A DNA stretch of 64,000 bases from Candidatus Latescibacterota bacterium. GTDB taxonomy: Bacteria; Latescibacterota; UBA2968; GCA-2709665. The DNA is taken from assembly GCA_965116875.1 (NCBI GenBank), contig OZ220733.1, positions 3,264,001 to 3,328,000 of the forward strand, in the 5' to 3' direction. The translations under genes and the position numbers were made by a program. Under the pieces are notes generated by a model. The model made no database searches and was not told where the DNA came from. It was given only the letters and a program-made list of their open reading frames with translations. This document shows positions 55,644-64,000 of the stretch, piece by piece (position 1 is the first letter of the stretch; each line of letters starts with the position of its first letter).

Positions 55644-56579
55644 TCATTGCCTGCTTGCGCCGATGCTCTCCAGGATGTCGACGGGCATCTTGCAGACCAT
55701 CGTGTACGCGGGGTCGTAGACGTTGCCCACGTCGTATTCCACGGCTTGGCCCATCAGGATATGAATCGACCGGGCATCCAGGCCGTAATCTTCCTGGAGG
55801 AACCGGATCAGCTCGGTGGTGGCGTGCTGCGTCGCCTGGTCCAGTGGGCGGGCGTTGCCCACGGCCATCACGTGTGTGTCGCTGATTGCGCGGGGCCACT
55901 GAATGGTCTTGCCCTTGATGAGGCGCAGCGTGAAGGTCACGTCGAAGGAAATCTCGATGCCCGTACCCGCGATCTCGCCGTCGCCCTGCACGGCATGGCC
56001 GTCGCCGATGTGGAACAGGCCGCCGTCGACGAATACGGGGAAGTACACGGTTACGCCCTGGACAAACTCCCTGTAGTCCATATTGCCGCCGTGCGTGTCG
56101 GACGTGGCGGTGGAAATGGCCTGGCCGCGGGGCGGCGCCACCCCGAAGCAGCCAACCATGGGCTTCAGGGGGATCCGGAGCCTGCCGATGGGGAGGTCAT
56201 CGAAGCCGACGGGCGTGGCCGTGTTGTTTTCGAAGTCGATTTCCCAATCCAGGAGCCGGCCGCGGTTATCATCGAATTCCGGCGTGTATCCGAAGTCCAG
56301 GACGTTGGCGGCGACAACGCCCGACGTGTACCCGATCTTTCGGTTGGGCGCCAGTTTGTCGAAGGAAACGGCCAGCGTGTCGCCGGGCTCGGCGCCTTCC
56401 AGGTAGAAGGGACCCGTCTGGGGATTGCCGGCGGGTGTGACCGGATTGCCCGTGGCATCGCTACCGCCCGCGTCAACCGTGGTGGTTGAGATGGTGTCTC
56501 CGCTGGCGACGCTCAGCACGGGGTCGTGCGCGCCGATAGCCGTGTGGTAGGTTTCCGGGACGAATTGATGGTGAGCCAT
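55644..56579 (-). CDS. Acetamidase/formamidase family protein
   Basis: NPQTGPFY.EGAEPGD, HGGNMD, GDGHAVQGDGE. Confidence 0.88.
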   Translation of the reverse strand: MAHHQFVPETYHTAIGAHDPVLSVASGDTISTTTVDAGGSDATGNPVTPAGNPQTGPFYLEGAEPGDTLAVSFDKLAPNRKIGYTSGVVAANVLDFGYTPEFDDNRGRLLDWEIDFENNTATPVGFDDLPIGRLRIPLKPMVGCFGVAPPRGQAISTATSDTHGGNMDYREFVQGVTVYFPVFVDGGLFHIGDGHAVQGDGEIAGTGIEISFDVTFTLRLIKGKTIQWPRAISDTHVMAVGNARPLDQATQHATTELIRFLQEDYGLDARSIHILMGQAVEYDVGNVYDPAYTMVCKMPVDILESIGASRQ

Positions 56580-56669
56580 GGATGCTCCTTCTGGAGAGGG
56601 TGCGGGGGACGGCCGGGCGATCGGCTGAAGAAGTGACCCTCCCGCTGACGCCCGTTTACAGCCGATTCG

Positions 56670-57608
56670 TTACTGTTGCACCGCAATCATGCGGATTTTC
56701 GAGGGCGCCTTCCACGCGGAGACCCACGTTTGGCCCCGGTCCCGGCTGCCGTAGAGGGAGTCGTCTGCGACCGACCAGGCGCGGCCGTCGGGCGTAAAGC
56801 CAATGTGAAAGGTGTCGATGTTGCCTGCCGTGGTGCCGGGGAAACCGTCTGCGACGTGCGACCAGGCCCGGCCGCCGTTTTCGGTCCGGTAGAGCTGTCC
56901 CTGAGCGTCTCCGTGTGGCCCGGTGCTGACCGAGGCGAGCAGGCAGTCCGGTTCTTCCGGATGCACGGCAATGGCCCGGCCGTAATAGTAGGGAAAGCCG
57001 TCTGAGCGGTGATGCCAGGATGCGCCGCGGTCGTGGCTGAGGTAAACGGCGTGTGCCGTGTTCGCGTAGACCCGGTCGTCTTCCCGGGGTGACGTGGCCA
57101 CCTGGTGGACGTCCTGGTGCAGGTCCGGTGTGACGGGCTCCCAGCTTCGGCCCCGGTCGGGCGACCGCATGATGCTGCCCACGTGGATGTCGGCATAAAC
57201 CCAGCCGTCGCCCGTGCGCGCCATGCTCCGGACTGCCGCGGGTCCTCCCCAGGGTGTATACCAGTCCCCGCGGCATTCCAGCGCGTCGAAAGAGTCCAGG
57301 CGATCGGCGCCGCCGTCCGTTACGGCGTAAACGTGCGGGGCTTCCACACCCACGAGGAAATGCAGCGGATCTTCATCCAGGATAAGAAGGCACTCTATGG
57401 GTTCTGCGATGCCGGTGTCGAGCCTCCGCCTACCGTTTTGCGACAGTACGGCGACGTCGCCGCCTTGGAGCGCGGCGAGGCCGATGGACCGGCCTTCCGC
57501 GATCGCCTGGACTTCACCGTCTGCGAGGACGTTTCGCGGTGCGGTCGGGTCGCCATTCAGGGCGTATACCGTGTCTCGGGTGGCAATCAGCATAATGACT
57601 CCTCTCAT
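56670..57608 (-). CDS. BNR/Asp-box beta-propeller protein
   Basis: RSPDRGRSW, LSHDRGASW, RTENGGRAW, GSRDRGQTW. Confidence 0.8.
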   Translation of the reverse strand: MRGVIMLIATRDTVYALNGDPTAPRNVLADGEVQAIAEGRSIGLAALQGGDVAVLSQNGRRRLDTGIAEPIECLLILDEDPLHFLVGVEAPHVYAVTDGGADRLDSFDALECRGDWYTPWGGPAAVRSMARTGDGWVYADIHVGSIMRSPDRGRSWEPVTPDLHQDVHQVATSPREDDRVYANTAHAVYLSHDRGASWHHRSDGFPYYYGRAIAVHPEEPDCLLASVSTGPHGDAQGQLYRTENGGRAWSHVADGFPGTTAGNIDTFHIGFTPDGRAWSVADDSLYGSRDRGQTWVSAWKAPSKIRMIAVQQ

Positions 57609-57673
57609 GGAACGGGTCGCAGGGCCGGATGCGGACCGCGGCGAAACCCGAAGATCGGCGACGAGTCAGGGCC

Positions 57674-58738
57674 TCAAAAATAGCGAACATTCAGTCCGCC
57701 GTCCGGCAATGGGAGATCGACAGCGCGGTGTTCGTCCGCGGCGCGGTTCCAGGCCAGGCAGAGCTCCAGCACGTTTCGCGCGTGCTCCGGCGTGACGTCG
57801 AGCGGATGGCCGTCCCGGACGCTGCGGACAAAACGTCCCACCGCGGCGTCGATCGTATCGTTCTGCGCCCGGTAGAAAACGCGGGGTGCGCCCTCGTCGT
57901 CCTTGCGCCACACGATGCCTTCCATGACGTCCAGGTGCGCCCGGGCAATACCTTCGGTGCCCACGACTTCCATCTCCCAGGCCGGGGCGCCGCAACTGAC
58001 GTTGAAGATGATGTCCATGGACCCCATGCGGCCGTCTTCGAACCGGACGGTGCCCTTGCCGGAATCCATCCAGATGCTGTGTGGCGTGGCCAGGTTGTCG
58101 TATTCGGCAAATGCGCGGACCGCGGGTGAATCGATGAGCCAGAGAAGTAAATCTGCTGCGTAGACGCCCAGCGAGAGTCCGATGCCGCCCTGCCCCGGGC
58201 CGAATTCACCGCTGCCGTCGAAGACGGTTCCAGGGCCGAAACAGCCGTGTTGAATCCACGCCCGTGACGTGATGACGCGCCCCACCGCCCCGTTCTGCAC
58301 CCGTGTTCCCATCGCGCGGATGGCGCCGTCTTCCCGTCCGGGCAGCAGGGCGGACAGCAGTACGTGATTGCGACGGGACGCGTCGATCATTTCATCCGCG
58401 CCCGCCAGGGTCATACACATGGGTTTGCTGATATAGGCGTGAGCGCCCGCGTCCATCGCGCAGGCGGCCTGCCGCGGTTTCAGGTCGTCCGCACAGGTGA
58501 CGAAAACAACGTCGAGGGACTCGGCGCGGACCATCTCCGGCACCGCGGCATACGCACGGATTCCGTATTGGGCGCCGAACGCCTCCCGGGACGTCATGCC
58601 GAGTCTGCCCAGCGTTTCGTCGCTCTGATCCAGATGCGCGTACGCGGTCAGTTCGACGTCCGGATTACGAATTGCGGATCGGGCAAACGCATTGGAATAG
58701 TACGATCCGATGCCGCAAACGCCCGCTCTCAGCGCCAT
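57674..58738 (-). CDS. Gfo/Idh/MocA family oxidoreductase
   Basis: N-terminal Rossmann GVCGIG, GAHAYISKP (EKP variant), IRAY...LDVVFV. Confidence 0.8.
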   Translation of the reverse strand: MALRAGVCGIGSYYSNAFARSAIRNPDVELTAYAHLDQSDETLGRLGMTSREAFGAQYGIRAYAAVPEMVRAESLDVVFVTCADDLKPRQAACAMDAGAHAYISKPMCMTLAGADEMIDASRRNHVLLSALLPGREDGAIRAMGTRVQNGAVGRVITSRAWIQHGCFGPGTVFDGSGEFGPGQGGIGLSLGVYAADLLLWLIDSPAVRAFAEYDNLATPHSIWMDSGKGTVRFEDGRMGSMDIIFNVSCGAPAWEMEVVGTEGIARAHLDVMEGIVWRKDDEGAPRVFYRAQNDTIDAAVGRFVRSVRDGHPLDVTPEHARNVLELCLAWNRAADEHRAVDLPLPDGGLNVRYF

Positions 58739-58989
58739 GGCTTCAGTTCCTTATTGACTGGCAACGAACGAAATCGGTCCTCGGGATCGTCGCGCCGCAT
58801 ATCCAGTTTGCGGCCCACACCCCGCACGGTGTCTGCGAGTGGGTATTTATGGCAATATCGGTGGCATTGTCAAGCGCAATCGTTCGCGAAGGCGGTTTGG
58901 CAGGGGCGCCTTCCGGGCTTGCCTCGCAGGGTACGGTCACCTGCAAATCGAAGGAAATTCGTTCGAATCGATCGTGATCGGGAGGCTGA

Positions 58990-60432
58990 ATGAACGACGG
59001 TGAAAACGGGATCCGGCTGGAGTTGGCGGATGAGACGCTGCCGCCGACCGTCCAGTCGTCAGACATTCGGAATATCGACGACAGTCTGGGCGAGATCCAC
59101 GATCTGTTCGCGAAGGAGGCGTCGATTGCGGCGGATACCCTGGCGCGGTACGGCCGGGCCTGGACGCGCAGCCATCTGCAGGTTGGGGATATCAGACGGA
59201 CGGTGGAGTTGGCGAATCGCGCGCGGGACGAATTCGCGGCGCTCGTCACTCTGGGGATCGGGGGGTCCGACCTGAGCGCGCGGGTCTTTCACGATGTGCT
59301 GAATCCCGCGTACCACAACCTGCTGCCGGCGGACGAACGGGGCGGGGCGCCCGAAGTCTATTTCGCGGGGGATACGTTCGACCCCCGCCGGCTGGTGGCC
59401 TTGCTGGACATGCTGACCCGGCGCGGATTGCTGGACCGCACCCTGTTTAACGTGATCAGCAAATCCGGGCGCACGGTCGAGACCGGCAGCGCGTTGATGG
59501 TGGTGCGGGACTGGATCTCACGTCACACGCCAGGGGCCGCGAATGGCTGGAGCAGGCAGATTGTAGCTACAACCGGCCGGGACGCCGGAAGCGCGCTGTC
59601 TGAATTGCACCGGAAGCGTCCATTTTACGGCGACGCGCTGTTGCCCGTACCGGAGGGCGTGGGCGGCAGGTTTTCGGCATTTTCACCCGTGGGGACGTTT
59701 TTTCTGGCGATGACGGCCGCAACGGGGATTTCTCCCGGTTCGCGCGTTCGGGAATTGCTGGACGGGGTGGGTTGGGCCGATGCCCACTGGCGCCTGCCCT
59801 GGCGGGACGAGCGAAACATCGCCTGCCGCCTCGCCCGGTGGCTGCATCTCCAAGAGGTGTACGGCGGGAAGCGGGCGCTCGTATTCTACAATTACGCGGA
59901 CGACCGCCGACTCGGAGACTGGTTTCAGCAGCTCTATGACGAATCGCTGCAGGAGCGGGAAGACGGCCTGCACGTCGTACCCGCCGTCGGGCCGGCGGCC
60001 AACCACTCCATCCTGAACGGCATCGTGGGCGGGCGTTCGGACCGGGCCGTTCTATTCGTGCACTGGGAGGATCTGGGGCCCGATATTGACATACCGGAGG
60101 GTGCGGATATCGGCGGTGAGACGGCCGTGCTCGGCGGGCTTCGGATGGGCGAGGCGCAGTCAGCCTCGTACCGGGGCACGGCCGCGGATTTTTCCGGGCG
60201 CGGGATTCCGAGCGCAACGCTGCACGCGGCACGGCGGGACGAAAGACACCTTGGCGCATTGATGCGGGTCCTGATGGATACCGTTGCGGTGAAGGGACGG
60301 CTGCAGGGCCTCCACGTCAACGATGCGGGAGAAGTGGATCCGTCCGCAGATCTCACCTACTCGCAGGCCGGGGTTGAAGGGTCCAAACGGCGCACCCGCG
60401 ATCTGGCGCTTCAGATGAAATCCCCGAGCTGA
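58990..60432 (+). CDS. pgi: Glucose-6-phosphate isomerase (divergent)
   Basis: LGIGGSDL, ISKSGRTVET, VGGRFS, QQLYDES, ANHS, QAGVEGSK. Confidence 0.8.
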   Translation: MNDGENGIRLELADETLPPTVQSSDIRNIDDSLGEIHDLFAKEASIAADTLARYGRAWTRSHLQVGDIRRTVELANRARDEFAALVTLGIGGSDLSARVFHDVLNPAYHNLLPADERGGAPEVYFAGDTFDPRRLVALLDMLTRRGLLDRTLFNVISKSGRTVETGSALMVVRDWISRHTPGAANGWSRQIVATTGRDAGSALSELHRKRPFYGDALLPVPEGVGGRFSAFSPVGTFFLAMTAATGISPGSRVRELLDGVGWADAHWRLPWRDERNIACRLARWLHLQEVYGGKRALVFYNYADDRRLGDWFQQLYDESLQEREDGLHVVPAVGPAANHSILNGIVGGRSDRAVLFVHWEDLGPDIDIPEGADIGGETAVLGGLRMGEAQSASYRGTAADFSGRGIPSATLHAARRDERHLGALMRVLMDTVAVKGRLQGLHVNDAGEVDPSADLTYSQAGVEGSKRRTRDLALQMKSPS

Positions 60433-60487
60433 GACAGCGGAGCCGGTCCGGAATCAGTTCGCCGGGGGACCGGGCCGGGGTTTCTTT

Positions 60488-60516
60488 TTGTGCCGCCATT
60501 TTGTTCTGGTTATCTT
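60488..60516 (+). promoter_or_regulatory. Possible sigma70 promoter for glcB
   Basis: TTGTGC-17 bp-TATCTT, 45 nt before the ATG. Confidence 0.4.
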
Positions 60517-60561
60517 GACGGCGGGAACCGATTCTCCAAAAGAGAGCAAAGGAGCGGAACG

Positions 60562-62754
60562 ATGGCGGTTGAAATTGGCGGCTTGAGGGTTGAAGAAGTC
60601 CTTTACGATCTGGTCAGGAACGAGATCGCACCGGGCACGGACGTGGACCCGGATGCATTCTGGACGGCGCTGGGAGAGATCGTCCGGGACCTCGGTCCGG
60701 GAAACCGGGAATTGTTGGACATGCGGGACAGGATCCAGGAGAAGATGGACGGGTGGTACCGCGAGAGGAAGGGCCGGCCGATTGACGCGGAGGAGTACCG
60801 AAGTTTTCTGACCGATATCGGCTACCTGGCGCCGGAGGGCGACCATTTCGAGTTGACCACCGCCCGGGTAGACCCCGAAATCGCAACGGTGGCCGGCCCC
60901 CAGTTGGTGGTTCCCGTGGACAATGCCCGGTATGCGCTGAATGCGGCCAATGCGCGCTGGGGGAGTCTCTACGACGCGCTGTACGGAACCAACGTGATTC
61001 CGGAGGAACCCGGGGCGGAGAAGGGCGAAGCCTACAACCCGGTCCGAGGCGCGAAGGTGATCGACGCGGCAGAGGCGTTTCTGGACGACGCGGCGGGTCT
61101 GGCATCCGGGCGTTACTCGGAGGTCACGCGATTTGCGATTGTGGAAGAGGACGGTGTCGGTCGACTCGTGGCGACGCTCCGGGACGGCAGGGACATCGGC
61201 CTGGCGAATCCGGATCAGTTCCGCGGATATCGAAGAGACGGCGGCGATCTCTCGGCGGTGCTGCTGGTGAACAACGGGCTGCACATCGAGATCCGGATCG
61301 ACCGGAGCCATCCGGTGGGCGCCGCGCATCCGGCGGGCGTCAGGGACGTACTTCTGGAGGCGGCGGTGACGACGATCCAGGATTGCGAGGATTCGGTGTC
61401 GGCCGTGGACGCGGAGGACAAGGCGCTGGTATACGGAAACTGGAACGGCATCATGCGGGGTACGCTGGAGACGACCTTCGAAAAGGGCGGCCGGCAAATG
61501 ACGCGGCGGCTGAGCCCGGACCGGAAGTTTACGGCGCCTGACGGCGGGAAACTCACGCTGCCGTGCCGCAGCCTTCTGCTGGTACGGAACGTCGGCATCC
61601 ATATGTACACCGACAGCGTGACGACTGCCGGCAGGGAGGAAATCCCCGAGGGATTCCTGGATGCGATGGTGACCGCGCTCGCGGCAAAACACGATCTGAA
61701 GCGGCAGGGGGAATTCGTCAACAGCGGCGCGGGCAGCATCTACATCGTGAAACCCAAGCTGCACGGCCCGGAAGAGGTGGCGGCCACGATCGATCTGTTC
61801 GAACGCGTGGAGGCGGCGCTGGGTCTGGAGCGCAACACGATCAAGATCGGCATTATGGATGAAGAGCGACGGACGACCGTGAATCTGAAGGCGGCGATCC
61901 GCCAGGCGAGGGATCGGGTGGTGTTCATCAACACAGGTTTTCTGGACCGTACCGGCGACGAGATCCACACGAGCATGGAGGCCGGTCCGATGCATCCGAA
62001 GGCCGACATCAGGGCGCAGCCGTGGCTCGCGGCGTACGAGGACTGGAACGTGGACGTGGGGGTGGAGACCGGTTTCAGCGGCCGCGGACAGATCGGGAAA
62101 GGGATGTGGACGATGCCGGACGAGATGCGCGATATGGTGGAGACCAAGATCGGACATCCGGAATCGGGGGCCAGCACCGCATGGGTGCCGTCTCCCACCG
62201 CGGCGGTGCTGCACGCCATGCACTATCACCGGGTGGACGTGGCGGCGAGGCAGGCGGAACTTGCCCGGCGCGAGCGGGCGAGTCTGGACGAAATCCTGAC
62301 GCCGCCGCTGTTGGACCGGGATCTGACGGAGGACGAGATCCAGCGGGAGCTGGACAACAATGCACAGGGTATTCTGGGTTACGTGGTGCGGTGGGTGGAC
62401 CAGGGCGTGGGATGCTCGAAGGTACCGGATATCCACGACGTGGGACTGATGGAGGACCGTGCGACGCTGCGGATTTCCAGCCAGCATATCGCCAACTGGC
62501 TGCATCACGGAATCGTGAGCCGGGCGCAGGTGCGAGCGACGTTCGAGAAGATGGCGGCACTTGTGGACGAGCAGAACAGCGGAGATCCGGACTATCGGAA
62601 TATGGCGCCGGACTTCGAGCAGAGCATCGCGTTTCAGGCCGCGCTGGACCTGGTGTTCGAGGGCGTGGCGGAGCCGAACGGCTACACCGAACGGGTGCTG
62701 CATCAGCGGCGGAGGGAAGTGAAGGAGCGGGTAGACGTAAGACGTGAGACGTGA
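60562..62754 (+). CDS. glcB: Malate synthase G
   Basis: ATG 62-nt region after AAGGAG RBS (start 60562); [66 protein letters not shown]. Confidence 0.95.
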   Translation: MAVEIGGLRVEEVLYDLVRNEIAPGTDVDPDAFWTALGEIVRDLGPGNRELLDMRDRIQEKMDGWYRERKGRPIDAEEYRSFLTDIGYLAPEGDHFELTTARVDPEIATVAGPQLVVPVDNARYALNAANARWGSLYDALYGTNVIPEEPGAEKGEAYNPVRGAKVIDAAEAFLDDAAGLASGRYSEVTRFAIVEEDGVGRLVATLRDGRDIGLANPDQFRGYRRDGGDLSAVLLVNNGLHIEIRIDRSHPVGAAHPAGVRDVLLEAAVTTIQDCEDSVSAVDAEDKALVYGNWNGIMRGTLETTFEKGGRQMTRRLSPDRKFTAPDGGKLTLPCRSLLLVRNVGIHMYTDSVTTAGREEIPEGFLDAMVTALAAKHDLKRQGEFVNSGAGSIYIVKPKLHGPEEVAATIDLFERVEAALGLERNTIKIGIMDEERRTTVNLKAAIRQARDRVVFINTGFLDRTGDEIHTSMEAGPMHPKADIRAQPWLAAYEDWNVDVGVETGFSGRGQIGKGMWTMPDEMRDMVETKIGHPESGASTAWVPSPTAAVLHAMHYHRVDVAARQAELARRERASLDEILTPPLLDRDLTEDEIQRELDNNAQGILGYVVRWVDQGVGCSKVPDIHDVGLMEDRATLRISSQHIANWLHHGIVSRAQVRATFEKMAALVDEQNSGDPDYRNMAPDFEQSIAFQAALDLVFEGVAEPNGYTERVLHQRRREVKERVDVRRET

Positions 62755-62855
62755 GAGATTGTCTGCCCTGTACGGTGACATCGCTTGCCGCAGGCATAAA
62801 GGAGAACCAATCGGGCAAGGACGTCTTCTACCGTCTACCGTCTAACGTCTCACCG
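62731..62855. repeat. Dispersed element family B copy overlapping the glcB stop
   Basis: GTAGACGTAAGACGTGAGACGTGAGAGATT...TGCCGCAGGCA...GGGCAAGGA...CGTCTACCGTCTAACGTCTCACCG. Confidence 0.75.
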
Positions 62856-62947
62856 TTTCATGTTGTCCATTGACTTTTCCCGGGTGGATATTAACTTAAG
62901 CACAGATTTTTCTGCAGTACTACAAGCGCAATAAAGGAGAACGGGAT

Positions 62948-64000
62948 ATGCAGGCCGCAGGCGAGTTGAAATCCGTGGGAAAACCGGTGGCCAGGCTGAA
63001 CGGCCCGGATATCGTGACGGGAAGGATTCAGTACGCCGACGATATCCAGCTACCCGGCATGTTATACGGCCGTATTCTGCGCAGCCCGCACGGTCACGCG
63101 CGCATTCGGAAGATCGATACGTCCAGAGCCAAAGCGCTGCCCGGGGTGGTGGACGTGGTGTGCGGCCTGGATGTGCCGAACCTGACGATTTTCGAGTCCA
63201 GGGAGGTCTGCTACCAGGGTCAGAAGGTGGCGGCGGTGGCTGCCGTGGATCCGGATATCGCGGAGGACGCCCTGGCGCTGATCGAGGTGGACTATGAGGT
63301 ATTGCCCGCGGTCGTGGATCCCGTGGACGCCCTGGATCCCGACGCCCCGGAGGCCGTTCTGGGGGCGCCGACGGAGGACGTAAAGGCGCCGGACGGACGC
63401 AAATTGCAGAACGTGACGGCCTATAATGTCCTGGAAGAGGGGGACGTCGAGCGGGGACTCGCGGATGCGGACGCGATCGTCGAGGCAGAATACCAGGTGC
63501 CCTTTTTCAACCAGACGTACATGGAGCCGAACGCGGCCACGGCGCGCGTGGAGGCGGACGGGCGGCTGACCGTCTGGGCCGCCGGTCAGGGTACGTTCAC
63601 CAAGCGGGAAGGCCTCGCGGAGGCGCTGAACATCCCCGAGGGACGCATACGGGTGATCATGACCGAAACCGGCGGCAGCTTCGGCGGAAAGAACCGGATC
63701 AATATCGAAGCGCATACGGCGCTGCTGGCCATGCGTACGGGCCGCCCCGTGAGGCTGACGATAAACCGCGGGGAGGACTTTCGCGACAGCCGCCCGGGGC
63801 CGGGATGCTGGGTGCGGTTGAAAACAGGGGCACGCAAGGACGGGACGCTAACGGCCGTTGAGGGGCGGATCGTGTGGGACGGCGGCGTAATGGGTAGCGG
63901 CGGCGCCGCCAACCGGCTGCTGGGACCGTACAGGATTCCGAATTTCAGGCTGGAAGGCATGGCCGTGCGAACGAACAAGCCGGGACCGGGGGCGTATCGG
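62948..64000 (+). CDS. Xanthine dehydrogenase/CoxL-family molybdopterin-binding subunit (runs off the window end)
   Basis: ATG 62948 after AAGGAG; VGKPVARL..VTGRIQYADDIQLPGMLYGRILRSPHGHARI; GGSFGGK; not in the ORF track because no stop is reached. Confidence 0.85.
   Translation, partial: MQAAGELKSVGKPVARLNGPDIVTGRIQYADDIQLPGMLYGRILRSPHGHARIRKIDTSRAKALPGVVDVVCGLDVPNLTIFESREVCYQGQKVAAVAAVDPDIAEDALALIEVDYEVLPAVVDPVDALDPDAPEAVLGAPTEDVKAPDGRKLQNVTAYNVLEEGDVERGLADADAIVEAEYQVPFFNQTYMEPNAATARVEADGRLTVWAAGQGTFTKREGLAEALNIPEGRIRVIMTETGGSFGGKNRINIEAHTALLAMRTGRPVRLTINRGEDFRDSRPGPGCWVRLKTGARKDGTLTAVEGRIVWDGGVMGSGGAANRLLGPYRIPNFRLEGMAVRTNKPGPGAYR

Overview
High-GC bacterial window; the lineage cannot be fixed from sequence alone, but the content is consistent with a diderm FCB-type bacterium. 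It has four parts. (1) 20-26.5 kb is one co-oriented minus-strand run: ndk-yceD-rpmF-fabH-fabD-fabG-acpP-fabF-rnc (no plsX), a lipoate ligase, an uncharacterised GlmL-like ATPase plus membrane-protein cluster interleaved with a Dpp/Opp ABC transporter, a peptidase/PD40/beta-barrel protein and a UbiA-family transferase. (2) 26.6-33.7 kb is rich in nested MITE/REP-like repeats, with a penicillin-acylase gene, PhzF-like and GATase genes. (3) About 33.8-46.4 kb is a visibly lower-GC defence island: nuclease-SeqA-like fusion, degraded toxin-antitoxin pair, Vsr-Dcm-GHKL/His-kinase-receiver module, DUF3883 protein and an N4C methylase/endonuclease pair. (4) 46.7-64 kb is metabolic. The best candidate for a new system is the co-oriented four-gene cluster at 46673-53290 (fatty acyl reductase, atypical acyltransferase, alkyl-DHAP synthase, DHRS7B-like SDR), which maps one-to-one onto the eukaryotic peroxisomal ether-lipid pathway. 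The GlmL-like membrane module is the second candidate. Other notable points are an in-frame MITE inside a signal peptide and two nuclease genes that appear to need ATC starts. All family assignments come from motif recognition by eye; no database searches were run.
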